Shown: positions 12,801 through 26,465 of the stretch, piece after piece | How the letters are laid out: every line of letters starts with the position of its first letter | Position numbering within the stretch: the stretch's first letter is position 1 | Origin: Octopus vulgaris | Lineage: Eukaryota | Length of the DNA stretch: 64,000 nt | Assembly: GCA_951406725.2 (NCBI GenBank) | Contig: OX597826.1 | Location: 53,940,001-54,004,000, forward strand | Direction: 5' to 3' | Translations under genes and position numbers: made by a program | Notes under the pieces: generated by a model | The model's input: only the letters and a program-made list of their open reading frames with translations | Told to the model about the DNA's origin: nothing | The model's database searches: none

Positions 12801-13756
12801 TTCCACCATGTTGCACACAACCAATGCCCTTTCTCTCATACCCCAACTTCAATTTCCATTGAAAGCATACAATGGACAAGTAATATCTGTCTATGCCCAA
12901 GGTCTTATTTCATATTTAGATTGTATTTTCGTGAACAATAGCATCATTGGTTCAAGGTTTCTAAAGAGCTAATCACGGCATTTACTGTGTTTACAAGAAT
13001 GGTAGTGGCAAGGGATTGTATGAGAGTCTGTGCAGCCTAGGAGAGAGAACCTATAAGTTTATGGGAGGGTAAAGAAACCAATTCTGATCATCAAGTGGTG
13101 GAGAAAAGCAAATACAAACACAAACACATAATCGGCTTTCACACAGTTTCTGTCAACTGAATTCATTCACAGGGGATATATATGCACATGTGTGTGGAGT
13201 GGTGTTTGTGTATTTGTGCAATGTGTGTGTTTGTGTGTGTTTGTAGTGTGTGTGTGTGTGTTTCCCTTGTCTTGTCATTGCCTGATGGTTGTAAGTGAGT
13301 ATGACTATCATACTAGTAATGTTTATTTTCAATCTTATGCAAAAAAATAAAACATGCTTGAAATCAAAGAGAATATTTAACTTGCTTGGAAACAAGTGAA
13401 GGTTTGCATCAGGAAGGGCATCCAGCCATAGAGCATTTGCATCAACAAATTTTATGCAACCCATGCAGGCATGGAAAAGTGGACATTAGAATGCTGTTGA
13501 TGATAATGATGATGATATCGGTGTAAGATGCACATGTCATCGTCAACACCACCGCCGTCACTGTCATCATCATCATCATCATCATCATCAACTTACATCT
13601 GCTTCACCATGTTGGCATGGGTTGAATGAATCTTAAAACAACTTGCTACTCATCTGAGTACTTTATTGTCATCTGTTAATGCACAGCAACTAAGTATATC
13701 TTCCTTGTATATCTCATTTCTTTCTTCCAGTGTTTTTTGATATGTCTATTTTTTTG

Positions 13757-13955
13757 TATCAGGACAATTACCCCCAATAGGACAACTCCCCTCCCGACAG
13801 TAACTACCACCTCAGACAAGGACAATTACCCCTCTTGGTTAATTACCCCCTCTCCAATATATTAAGAAGTTTTAAATCCTTATCTTTTGTCCACAGGGGT
13901 AATTGTCCTTGGTGGGGTGGTGATTGTGTATGGTGGGTAACTGTCCTAGACTCCT
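13757..13955. mobile_element. fold-back MITE with reiterated subterminal motif ggacaattacccc / ggggtaattgtcc
   Basis: Several direct motif copies on the left, inverted copies on the right. Confidence 0.6.
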
Positions 13956-13989
13956 ATTTTACCCATCCTCTACATTAGAACTGATACCC

Positions 13990-14225
13990 TAAAACCAAGG
14001 TGCCATGTAAAAAGCACTGGTGATGGTGCCACATAAAAAAGCACTCAGTACAACCAGTAAAGTGGCTGGCATTAGGAAGCACATCCAGTTGAAGAAACCA
14101 ACTCAGAAATAGACTAAGGAATCTGGAATGGCCCCCCCCCCTGGCTTTGTCAGCTCCTGTCAAGCCATCCAACTCATACCAGCATGGAACATAGACGTTA
14201 AATGATGATGACAATGATGATGATT
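13990..14225 (+). mobile_element. SINE-like family D (ggcattaggaagggcatccag body, (GAT)n tail)
   Basis: Shared body and tail; other copies at ~1860-2080, 5160-5400, 13190-13515, 20870-21236, 30745-30925, 31015-31137, 39180-39370, 43280-43530 and 60780-61045. Confidence 0.75.
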
Positions 14226-14879
14226 TTTACAACTGAATACTTTTTCTATCATTAACCACTTTAAAACATGAATGGACACATTTTATCAAGCGACCTGCAC
14301 TAGGGACCTTGCCTTTGAAAATGTTGAAAATGTATAAGAGTTTCCTCAACATTTCAATTTGTTCCTTCTTTTTGTTGTGCAGCATAGATTTTTTTCACAG
14401 CTTGAAACCCTTCTTAGCCCCAACCACTTTACGATATGGACTGGGTAGTTTTTATTGTACCACTGACATTACAGAGCTTATTTCTGATAATACTAAACAT
14501 TTCCCTTTACCATGTATTGCTTTTATTCAATGCAATTATTTTTCAGCATAATCTTTACAGATGAATGCTGTTGTTATCCATCAACCACCATAAAGCATGG
14601 ACTAGTCTGAATACATTTTACTATGTCACCAAGCACAAGAGAGGTTGTCCATGGAAGGACTAAAGAAAGAGTTCCATCTATCAAATAGCACACTCAAAAT
14701 ATTGGTCAAACAAAGGCTGTAGTAGCGGACAAAGACATTTGTTCAAAATATCAAGCAGTGGGACCACACATTGATGCCTGCTATACACTAACATAAACTT
14801 TTACTATCTACTCCAGCATTCTAATATTATTACTGCACACTGAAATCATATCTGCTATCATGAGCTCCATTATATTCTA

Positions 14880-14917
<38 letters not shown>

Positions 14918-14951
14918 ATGTGTATATATATATGTATGTGTATATATATAT

Positions 14952-15025
<74 letters not shown>

Positions 15026-15039
15026 GCATATATATATAT

Positions 15040-15071
<32 letters not shown>

Positions 15072-15123
15072 GTATATTTATATATATATGTGTATATATA
15101 TATATACACATACATACACACAC

Positions 15124-15180
<57 letters not shown>

Positions 15181-15219
15181 TTTCTTCTCATCTTCTTTCA
15201 TTATCCTTCTCATCTTCAT

Positions 15220-15257
<38 letters not shown>

Positions 15258-15270
15258 TCATCATCATACA
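14880..15270. repeat. compound (TA)n/(TG)n/(CAC)n(CAT)n microsatellite
   Basis: Read directly; explains the YI-rich ORFs here. Confidence 0.95.
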
Positions 15271-15957
15271 ATTATCCTCCACCCACCATTTGACATACAA
15301 TAAACATGTAATTTCCATCAAATCATTGAAAAATGCCTGGAATACATCAATTTAGAAAATAGCAATATATTTAGCAGTTAATATATTTACTGTGAACATG
15401 GTGGTGGTGGTGGTGGTAAGAGTGTTGGTGATAGTAGTGGTGGTGGTAGTGGTGGTGGTGGTGAAGATTATAATGGTGGCATAGATTATGATGGTAGATG
15501 TGGTTGTGATTATGATGCTGTGAATGATAATGAAAATGGTTGTAATAATAATGATATTGGTAGTAATAATGATAGAGACAGTTGTAATAATGATGATGAT
15601 AAGAATATTTGTAGTAATGATGTATTTGTCTAGCCCCAGGTCAGTCCAAATTGAGCAGATCTATGATCAAAAACATTCCAACCAGGACCATTTTGTCTCA
15701 TTTAGACTACATCAAATACATTATCTAACATTGATGCATGTGTGTCTGTGTGGTAAGAAGTTTGCTTCCCAACCACATGGTTCCAGGTTCAGTCTCACTG
15801 CTTGGTACCTTAGGCAAGTGATTTCTACTATAGCCTTGGGACAACCAAAACCTTTCATCCTGAGGGGTCAATAAAACAACTACTAGCTGAGTTTTGGGGG
15901 TTGATAATTGACTAGCCCCCATCACCCCCTCCCCAAATTTCAGGTTTACTCCATATG

Positions 15958-16170
15958 TTCTTTTATTCTTTTACTTGTTTCAGTCATTTGACTGCGACCA
16001 TGCTAGATCACTGCCTTTAGTCAAGCAAATCTACCCCAGGACTTATTCTTTGTAAGCCTAATACTTATTCTATTGGTCTCTTTTGCCAAACCGCTAAATT
16101 ACAGGGACGTAAACATACCAGCATCGCTTGTCAAGCGATGTTGGGGAGACAAACACACACACACACAAAC

Positions 16171-16205
<35 letters not shown>

Positions 16206-16375
16206 CATATGTATATGATGGGCTTCTTTCAGTTTCGATCTACCAAATCCACTGACAAGGTTTTGGCCAGCCCGAGGCTGTAGTAAAAGATACTTGCCCA
16301 ACATGCCATGCAGTGGGACTGAACCCGTAACCATGTGGTTGGTAATAAAGCTACTTACTTGGCCACTCCTGCGCT
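15958..16375 (-). mobile_element. SINE family A, full length
   Basis: Reverse complement of family A. Confidence 0.9.
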
Positions 16376-16776
16376 TATATAGCAAAAAGAATTATTATTT
16401 TTATTACTGATGAGAGCAGCACATGACATCATTGGGGTACAGATATATGAAGCCCAATATAACCATCATGACTACCTGTCTGATAACTGATGAGAGAATC
16501 CATCACTATTGTTATTAAGAAGAAGATGATGATGATAAGAAGGAGGAGGAGGAAAAGGAGGATGGGGAGGAATGATAGCTCCAACAGTTTCCTTGAACCA
16601 AATTCCACTCACAAGGTACTGGCCAACTAACGGTTATGCTTTTTTTATCTCTTAATCAAGACAAAAGGCAAATTCCCCATGGTCATTTTGAGATTATTTA
16701 AGACTAATGAAGAATACAAGGATGTTATCCTCAAACCAGAGACATGGAACTAAAAGACTTGCAAAAGTGTACATTA

Positions 16777-16955
16777 GGCACAGATGTGGCTGTGTGATAA
16801 GTAGTTTGCTTACCAACCACATGGTTCCAGGTTCAGTCCCCCTGCATGGCACCTTGGGCAAGTGTCTTCTACTATAGCCTCAGGCCGACCAAAGCCTTGT
16901 GAGTGGATTTGGAAAATGGAAACTGAAAGAAGACTGCCATGTGTGTGTGGGGGTT

Positions 16956-17009
<54 letters not shown>

Positions 17010-17213
17010 TGTGTCTGTGTTTGTCCCCACCACTATCGCTTGACAACCGATGTTGGTGTGTGTATATCCCCGTAACTTAGCAGTTCGGCAAAAGAGACTG
17101 ATAGAATATGTACTAGGCTTTCAAAGAATAAGTCCTGGGATCGATTTGTTCGACTAAAGGCAGTGCTCACGCATGGCCACAGTCAAATGACAGAAACAAA
17201 TAAAAGAATAAAA
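16777..17213 (+). mobile_element. SINE family A, full length
   Basis: Head ggcacagatgtggctgtgtg, internal (TG)n, A-rich tail. Confidence 0.9.
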
Positions 17214-17446
17214 CAATTTTTAAAATTGCTAAAAGTACAAAAAGCCATGGTGGTGAAATTAAACTATGTTTAGTCTAGGAAAATCCAGATTCTGATCTGT
17301 AAGTTGCTAAACTGTTCATCAATTATTCATTTGATATAAGGCACTCTACATATTAGATATTGCCTATTGCCAATTACAAAGATTTCAACAATGAAACAAA
17401 TACAAGGAAAATAATAGCAATACTAATATAGATGAAAAGATCTCTA

Positions 17447-17620
17447 GGCACAAGTGTGGCTGTGTGGTAAGAAGCTTGCTTCTCAACCACATGGTTCTGG
17501 GTTCAGTTCTATTGAGTGGTACCTTGAGCAAGTGGCTTCTACTAGCCTTGGGCCAACCAAAGCTTTGTTAGTGGATTTGGTAGACAGAAACTGAAAGAAG
17601 GCCATTGTATACATGTGTGT

Positions 17621-17658
<38 letters not shown>

Positions 17659-17890
17659 CTATGTCCGTGTGTCTTTCTGTCTCTGTTTGTCCCCCACACC
17701 ACCACCACTTGACAACTGCTGTTGGTGTGTTTGCATCCCCATAACTTCAGCAAAAGAGACCAATAGAATAAGTACCAGGCTCAGAAAACCAATTATTGGG
17801 TTCAAATCATTCGACTAAAAATTCAAGGTGGTGCTCCAGCATGGCCACAGTGTAATGACTGTAACAAGTAAAAAATAAAAGATAAAAAAG
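17447..17890 (+). mobile_element. SINE family A, full length
   Basis: Family A head, internal (TG)n and A-rich tail. Confidence 0.9.
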
Positions 17891-18477
17891 ATACTCTTAA
17901 AGACTAATTTAAGCCATTCTAGCTGAAACCATCCCAATTTTTTTCTAGAGTATATTATCAAATATGCCCTTTTTAAAGACAGTAGGTATGTTTGAGGGAG
18001 TTTTTTGAGGCTGTTTCTAGCAAGAAGAAAGAATAACCATGGAAACGTTCTCTGATTGATTCAAATATTCAGGGTTTTTAAATTGTGGGAACAAATCAGA
18101 TGTGATAGCATTTCAAGTAGAAGAAAATTCTGATATTTACTTATTTATTTGTGTGTACAACAACTAAAAAGATTTTGAAATAATTAAAAAAAATTTTTTT
18201 TTGAAACCAAAACATTCCTTCTAATTTTTATTTATCTTAAGGCAGTTCCTTTTAATAGTTTTGAATTGAAGAAAAGAATGATATTTTTTCCCAACACATC
18301 CTTATTAATTTACATTTAGTTGAAATGTATGCTTACGTATGTAAGTAACATAATTGAATATCATATAAGAAATGGCATGAAGGCTGATGCTTTAAATTGC
18401 TGTGCTGTGAGGTAGAGATCCAATTTCTTGAGATGTAACTAATTTTATTTTCTTTAGCTATTGTTGCTTGCTTTTGT

Positions 18478-18699
18478 TTAACTCCAGGTTATTCTTGATC
18501 AAGCAGATCTATGATCAAAGGTTTTCCAACTATGAACATCCTGTCTTTTTTTTTCTTTCTCTAGTTGCAGTGACAGAATAAGTAGGTGTCTAAGAGTAAA
18601 TTCTCTAATGCAAATCCTTCGCACTTTCAAAGTGGAGGAATGTGGCTCAGGTTGCTATTTCTAGCAAGTTGAGTGATCGTATTAGAGGCTCACAACTTG
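18478..18699 (+). repeat. unclassified ~200-bp interspersed repeat family E (aaccccaggt...cagacctatgatcaaagg)
   Basis: Similar copies at ~15630, 17905, 25600, 25800, 36385 (minus), 44700 and 49520. Confidence 0.6.
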
Positions 18700-19313
18700 G
18701 CGAACCCACTTGCCAAGCCTTCAACCGACTTAACGTACGACTCTTGTCAAGATTTGAGATCCGACGCACCACCAAAGTACGGATCTACCAAACACTAGTG
18801 CGAATGATTCTCGTTTACAGCAGCAAGTCATGGCCAATGACGGTGGAAGATATTAAGCGACTAGAATCCTTCACTCACCTCTGTCTACGCCACATCTTTC
18901 GTGTCCGATGACATCACTTTGTCTCCAATAATTTGGTGTGTGACACCAGTGCAAAATCACCTCCCTCCAACAGTCATCCAAACAAGATGTCTGCATTGGC
19001 TGGGTCATGCCCTCCGTCATCAACCAGGAGAATTCATCTATGAAGCAATTGCCCCAGCTCCCCTTAAGGGTTGGTGAGAGTGATGTGGTGGACAATGAAA
19101 AATCTGGTTGATGACCGTCAAGGCTGATCTGGAACCCAACCTAGGCCCCCATATCTACGGTGTTCGCCGCTGGAATAAGGAGTGGTTGGAGATCATGCGG
19201 TCGTTAGCCTCAAATCGCCAGGTCTGGTCAGCATTCGTGGGAGATGCAACATTGAGGATGAATGAAGCCAGCTCAACCCACCCCGGGTGAATGCTGTCTC
19301 AAGACAAGAAAGA
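18700..19313 (+). mobile_element. 5'-truncated RTE-clade LINE, decayed post-RT C-terminal region
   Basis: AFNRLNVRLLSRFEIRRTTKVRIYQTLVRMILVYSSKSWPMTVEDIKRLESFTHLCLRHIFRVR fits the RTE motif TKVRVY...LLYGCETW...LRRIL; (CAAGA)-type tail; perfect 16-bp TSD agaggctcacaacttg at 18684-18699 and 19314-19329. Confidence 0.92.
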
Positions 19314-20256
19314 AGAGGCTCACAACTTGAATGACAACATCATCAAACAAGAAATTATTAATTAGACTATAAACCTCAACCTGTGAGCACTTGTATATGA
19401 CTTCATTCCTGTAATGACTCGATCAGCAACATCACATCTCTACATTCTCAAAATATTACAGGAACCAGATGTATTTTGATAGTTTATGACCCCATTCTTT
19501 CAAGCTCACAAATATAGGGTATTTAAACAAAACATTGGTTATTTGTATTCTGCTGGAACCCCTATTTATAAATGGCCTCCCCACTGGCTGGTCACTCAAT
19601 GTTGTTAAGATAGAGCTGATTTATATCAGCTAGAAAGATTGAAGCATCCAGGGTAAATGCTTACAGACAAAAAATGATTGTGTATGAAAGAGAAAATTTC
19701 TGAACTTGAAATTCTAAATTTCCCATTACCTACACAGATACCGTCTTGTTCTATAATTTTGATCACTGGAATGACTTATCTGTAAAACATCTAAGAATAA
19801 ATACTGAACGAAGTATTTACCACCTATCCAAGCAGTTCAAAATCTAAAATGCCAAAACTATATTTAGAAAATTTACTTGAGGGAAACTTTAATTTTCTAT
19901 ATTTTGAACCCTTTTGACACCAAACTACCTGAGAACTTGACTGATTCTATTATAGAAACTTCCTAAAGTGATTTAAATTAAAAACTTTCCATCAAAATTA
20001 CATGCTAATTTAAGTTTCATGCACCAGCTTAATAATGACAAGGTTATTTTACTAAATTATTTGTCATTTTTAAAACTAATTGAAACAGAGACAATATAGA
20101 AATATGATAACAAAAGATTTAAGTGCTACTCAAAATCAAAGTAATTATATTTGAGTGTTTTGTGTTATCATTTTTCTTAAACTTTTATCCATAGGAAAAG
20201 GGAAACTGTATTCAAGTTTGGCTATGATATACATGTGAGTGCGTATGGGAATATAT

Positions 20257-20290
<34 letters not shown>

Positions 20291-21574
20291 TTCTGAGAAC
20301 TGTAGTATATTCTGAGTTACATTAGTAGCAACATGGACTTTTCCCCTCTTCTTTCTCTATTAGAGAATTTGAGTAAAATTATATCAATGTGTCCAACTGA
20401 TTAAAAATTCTATTTATTTATGCAGCTGAGGATAGCCCTGCATTTAAATTGATGTAATGATTGCATTGTTCAATTAAATGAAACCGCTGGAAATGGTCTA
20501 TTGCATCACCTCTTGATATCCTGTTGCTTATTTTGATATACATATGTATATATATTTATACTCTCTCTCTCTCACACACACATACAAGTATAGGTATGTA
20601 TATATTCTTTTTATTAGTTTTTATCATTGGGTTGAGGCTATATTGAGTGATGACTTTTGACATTGAATTATACTGACCTTAATATTTGTTTAACTGACTG
20701 AAATTTTATGGAACATGACATGGACATGGGCAGGATATGAACTCAAAACATAAAGCAAAAGAACCAAATTCTATCTGTTACATTTTCTGATGCTTAACCA
20801 AATCTGCTATTCACCCACTTGCATGATCTACCTAACCCCAGTTATTAACACCTGCTCTTCTATAATGACAGTAGCCATGTACCTCCTCAACAGTAAGAAA
20901 CCTGTTCTTTTCTAGCCCCTTCTGCCATATTTTGTGCTTCATATCCTAGCATAAGATCATCTCCCCCTCCTTTTTTAGAGTAGCCCCACTCTGTTAAAAA
21001 TAATCTTAGTCTTGCAACTTGTATGGTGACCTCAATAGTGCCAGTACTATGAAAAAAGCGTCCAGTACACTTTATAAAATAGTTGGCATTAGGAAAGGCA
21101 TCCAACTGTGGAAATGTTATCAAAACAAACACCAGAGCACTGTACAATACTCATACACTTTTAGCACCTGTCAAACAACCCAATCCGTGCCAGCATGGAA
21201 CATGAATGTTAAAAGATGATGATGATGATGATGATGAATACTATATATGTGTGTGAGTATATATGTGTGTGTGCATGTATGTATGTATATCCATCCATCT
21301 ATATATATATATATATATATACAGAGAAAAAAGTCATCAGAATTTTGGAAAAAATCTTTTTATTCCTTCATTATTATTAGCACTTTCATTTGTTTCTTGA
21401 ACTTGTCAAATAAAATTTTTTTAATGTACAAACAGCTTGTTCATTTATATAAAACAAATGTTTTATGGGGGTTTTGTTTAGAAGAAGAGAATGTTGTTTT
21501 TCTTTTGTTTTTGCTTTTGTTTTTTGGGGTGAGGGTCCATGACAATAGAGATGGATAGATAGAAGTATGGGTAG

Positions 21575-21626
21575 GTAGATGGATGGATGGATGGATTAGA
21601 TAGATTAGATAGACAGATTAGATCGA

Positions 21627-21658
<32 letters not shown>

Positions 21659-21685
21659 GAGACAGACAGACAGACAGACAGATAA

Positions 21686-21742
<57 letters not shown>

Positions 21743-21745
21743 CAG
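21575..21745. repeat. (GATG)n/(GATA)n/(GACA)n tetranucleotide microsatellite
   Basis: Read directly. Confidence 0.95.
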
Positions 21746-21919
21746 TCATATATAATATGTAATGGTAAGATCCAAGGATCAAGGATATGGGCTCCCTTGA
21801 CAACAATGTTAACTTCCTTTGATTAACGTATCTTTGGATAATTACTACTTCTAAGGCTCTGCTAGCTATGAAACATATATAGCCTGGATTTTATCTATTC
21901 CATTTCCTAATTATGGATG

Positions 21920-21966
<47 letters not shown>

Positions 21967-22221
21967 ATTACCCTCAACCAGAAACTTGTGGGATTTCTTT
22001 ATACTCCATTAAAATATGTTTCATGTAACACACACACACACACACACACATCAAAGAACATATCAATATTTTTAATATCCATTTCAACAATCCAGTTTGA
22101 CATGCAAAAGAAACAAGTTGATAAATGAACGAGAATAAATAAAACAAATGATGATGATGATGATGATGATCCTCATCATCATCATCATCATTTAACGTTC
22201 AACTTATTTGGTGGCATTGAC

Positions 22222-22283
<62 letters not shown>

Positions 22284-22294
22284 CAACAACAACA

Positions 22295-22854
22295 ACCTAT
22301 GCCCTGATGCAGTACCAGACAGTGGTTCTCATGGCTTCTGATGTTAAATAATTGGAAGTGTTATCATGTACATTGTTTTGTCTTGGTATAAAATATGGTC
22401 TACAAAAAATATTCTGCTCAATACCACAGATTTGCTTGTCATTTGTTTGACCTTAACCAGTTGAGCATGTCCCTTAGTGGCTGACAATATGTGCATCTCT
22501 GATCATGAGTAGATGTAGTGGGGCAGTATCACAGCCATGTGTTGAAAGGAATTCTTTGGGGTTTGGATAATCTACCTTTGGAAACATGGGTGTTTTGTTC
22601 AACATCCTTAAACAACCCTTATTCAGGAATCTTTTGAGTGGGCTGGGCTACTTGACCTGAAGAAAATTCTAACTGGGCCCCACCTGCAGGATCATGCACT
22701 ACTTATCTTGATATGATATCACCATATTGCACACCCAAGGTTGTGATGCATGTGCCTGGTGTACCCTAATTAGATGGGTAGTCATGATGGGTATACTGGG
22801 CTTCATATATTTTACCTCAGTGTCACTTTGATGGCATGCACTCCTCTCTCACTC
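22295..22854 (+). repeat. unclassified ~560-bp interspersed repeat family F between (AAT)n tracts
   Basis: Homologous blocks at 52041-52590 and a minus-strand fragment at ~16405-16490. Confidence 0.7.
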
Positions 22855-22935
<81 letters not shown>

Positions 22936-23274
22936 AAGAAGAAGAATGATAATGATAATGATGATGATGCATTGGAAGCTGTATGAAAACTGGGGGTAAG
23001 AGAGAGTCAAGATGTGGTATGAACACAAATCATACTCATACCTAGTGGCAAAGTCAGAGACCTGCTATATCTTGTGAAATTTCCCTATCCAAACTGACCA
23101 GGGGCTTGAACTCAACAAGCCATAGCTTATAGTGGTGGACAAGATGAATCACATGTGCTCTATAATTGATGCTGCATACCCATTTGATCCTTTAGAAGGA
23201 AGACAAAAATATAGATATACACAATCCTCTTAAATACGATGTAGTTTGACACGAAAAATGAAGGTGAAGTTAAA

Positions 23275-23606
23275 AGAGGATAAAGATCCCCTTCGGTCAT
23301 GTGATTGTACCTGGGAAGTTACCCTCCGAGGCACAAGTCCGGGCAAGGTTGTTTTATGGAAGACCAGTAGTCGCCCATGCATACCAGCCTCCTCTCTCCA
23401 TGCCACCAATGTTGTTTATGGCAAAGGCAAAGACTGATACAGCTTGGCACCAGTGATGTCGCAACTCATTTCTACAGCTGAGTGAACAAGAGCAACCTGA
23501 CATAAAGTGTCTTGCTCAAGAACATAACAAACAGCCCGGTCGGGTATTGAACTCACTACTCCATGATAGTGAGCCCAGTGCTCTAACCACTGAGCCATGC
23601 ACCTTC
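23275..23606 (-). mobile_element. SINE family C (tRNA head, CORE/Meta-like domain)
   Basis: Minus strand ggtgcatggctcagtggttagagc...gagttcaatacc (A/B boxes) and ttcttgagcaagacacttt domain; copies at 41345-41665, 45290-45622 and 10072-10180. Confidence 0.85.
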
Positions 23607-24192
23607 ATTGAGTTAAAAGAATGATAACAACTGTCACTACAACTAAGAATACAAATTTATTGTCAAGTTAAGCGGCCTAAAATTTATAAAAACTGCACAA
23701 CGTAAACTTGTTATTCATGCATTGAACATCAATCCTCATAGTTGGTGAGATGGTGAAATGGCTTCAGCTTGTAATCAAAACTGCATGACAAGCTGCAGTT
23801 CACTGAGAAAGACAACTCCAACAACATTAATAATGACTTGTGGATCATTCACAGGAATCTAAATTTCGGATGAAGAACCAAAATAAAGTGTTCTAATTTT
23901 CTTTATTTTGTAAAGAGGCCTGAGCTGAACATGGAAAGCTGCACAAATGAAGAACTGAAGCCGAATAATGGAAACTTTTCGCTCATAATTTACCAATCTT
24001 CTGCCATCCTTTATTTTTTATCATGTTATTTTGTTTCAGTCATCTGACTGCGGCCATGCTGGGGCATCGCCTTGAAGCATTTTTAGTCGAATGAATTGAC
24101 CCCAGTACTTAATTTTTTTAAAAGCATAGTACTTACTGTATTGGTTACTTTTGCTGAACCACTAAGTTACAGGGAGGTCAACAACAGTTATT

Positions 24193-24406
24193 AGGCATGG
24201 GAGTGGCTATGTGCAGGCGTGAGAGTGGCTGTGTGCAGGCGTGAGAGTGGCTGTGTGGTAAGTAGCTTGCTTATGAACCGCATGGTTCCGGGTTCAGTCC
24301 CACTGCGTGGCACCTTAGGCAAGTGTCTTCTACTATAGTCTCGGGCAAACCAAAGCCTTGTGAGTGGATTCAGTAGACAGAAACTGAAAGAAGCCCATCA
24401 TATATA

Positions 24407-24446
<40 letters not shown>

Positions 24447-24712
24447 TTTGTGTGTGTGTATATGTTTGTATGTCTGTGTTTGTCCCCACCCCAACATCGC
24501 TTGACAACTGATGCTTGTGTGTTTATGTCCCCGTAACTTAGTGGTTCAGCAAAAGAGACCGATATAATAAGTACTAGGCTTACAAAGAATAAGTCCTTGG
24601 GTCGATTTGCTCAACTAAAGGCGATGCTGCAGCATGGCCACAGTCAAATGACTGAAACAAGTTAAAGAGTAAAGAGAGAGAGGGAGAGAGAGAGATAGAA
24701 AGAGAGAGAGTA
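24193..24712 (+). mobile_element. SINE family A with triplicated 22-bp head
   Basis: aggcgtgagagtggctgtgtgc-type unit x3 (24193-24258), then full body; an inverted 3' fragment lies at ~24030-24190. Confidence 0.9.
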
Positions 24713-25019
24713 AAAATGGTGAAGCTAAAGAATATGTTAATTTTTAATTTATGGGTTCCCTTTCATATATTGTGCAGTTTATTTCATTTGTGATGCCAAA
24801 GAAGTTGGACAAAATGCTTAGCAGTGTTTCTTTCAACCCTTACATTCCGAGTTCAAATCCTGCTGAGACCAAGTTTGTCTTTCATCTTTTTGGGATCAAT
24901 GAAATTAAAGTACTAGATTGAAGTAACTGATTAACCCTACTTCAACTGAAAAAAAAAAAACAAAAATGATTGCCTTGTGCCAAAATCTGAAACAAATGAG
25001 TAAAATATAAAGGAGGAAT

Positions 25020-25440
25020 GGCGCAGGAATGGCTGTGTGGTAAGTAGCTTGTTTACCAACCACATGGTTTCGGGTTCAGTCCCACTGTGTGGTACCTTGG
25101 GCAAGTGTCTTCTACTATAGCCTCGGGCCGACCAAAGCCTTGTGAGTGGATTTGGTAGACGGAAACTGAAAGAAGCCCGTCGTATATATGTATATATATA
25201 TATATATATGTATGCGTGTGTGTGTGTGTGTGTCTGTGTTTGTCCCCCTAGCATTGCTTGACAACCGATGCTGGTGTGTTTATGTCCCCGTTACTTAGCG
25301 GTTCAGCAAAAGAGACCGATAGAATAAGTACTGGGCTTACAAAAGAATAAGTCCCGGGGTCGAGTTGCCGGATTAAATGCGGTGCTCCAGCATGGCCGCA
25401 GTCAAATGACTGAAACAAGTAAAAGAGAAAGAGAGAAAGA
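25020..25440 (+). mobile_element. SINE family A, young copy
   Basis: Retains many CpGs that have decayed in other copies. Confidence 0.92.
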
Positions 25441-26305
25441 GGAAAGATTGTTGCTTTATTACTAAGAAGTTTGCTGTAATTGTTTAACCTCAGGGGCACA
25501 CTATGATGTTCAAATTGCAATCATGAGGTCCTGGTTTCAATTCCATTGCATGGCATCATGGGTAATTTTTATGGTGAATTGGTAAAGTCGTTGAAGCACT
25601 GTTTAACCCCAGGTTAGCTCTGACTGATTAGACTGGTGATCAAAGGCTTTTGAACTGTGATCATTCTGTCTTTATACACCATGGAATATATTGCTCAATG
25701 TGTTCTGTAAGGTTTAATTTGAGAGAGGTTTGACTGCTAATTTTATAAAGTCAACTGAACCACATATAGATTCCTTGTTGGTTAATTTATTTCTGACAGA
25801 ACAAAACTAGGATCAAAGTTATTCCAACCATAACCAACCACACCTAATTATTTTATTTATTTATTCTCTGGTTATAAACTATCTCAAACATCATTATCTA
25901 ATGCACGCCCTATTTCTTTTATCTCTTTTTTTCTTTGAACTTGTAGGGAGTGATTTAAAGGAGATTTTACTGCTATTTTGCAGTAAATCACCACAAAGAA
26001 GTTCCCTTGTTGGGTAGAAATATATTTTTTGGCTAATGGGTATTTAAAAAGCATAAAGGCAACTGTTATTGCAACAAAATGATAAATCTGGTCAAACAGT
26101 ACAATTTTCTGTGAAAACAACAAAAAACTTGAAGTGCAAACAAATAAATAAGAATTTTGTTACATTTTTTCAAAGAATAACCTGAAAAGGTTATTAAGAT
26201 TCGGTAGACTCTTCCTTACAAAGGCTTAGAAAAATTACCACTTTTTTTTTCTAAAAAGTAAAATACTACTTATGAAAAATATTTCTTCTAAATATCAGTA
26301 CTCAC

Positions 26306-26465
26306 CGTTAAGAGTAACAAATAAAAATATTACAAAAAGCTTTCTTTTAACAATGCCGGCACAAGTCAATAATTTGGTGTGAATTAGTAGCTGCTAATAG
26401 AAAACTTTGTCCTAGTTGTTATGATAGAGAAATAGCAAGCGCAATCCCACAGCAGTTGAGGAGAA
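26306..26465 (-). other. candidate 160-nt non-coding (5'UTR or lncRNA) exon
   Basis: Minus strand gtttctattttatattcAG acceptor and ACG|GTGAGT donor; stops in all three frames, no ATG. Confidence 0.4.

Noticed and set aside
14830-15355. Long ORFs rich in YI/HT/CV and poly-I/H/M, also at 48514-49330, 56401-56982 and elsewhere
   Set aside because: Translations of (TA)n, (CA)n, (AAT)n and (CAT)n microsatellites; not genes.
23540-23606. tRNA gene
   Set aside because: A/B boxes are present but there is no complete cloverleaf and the sequence continues into a SINE body; the same holds for all SINE heads here.
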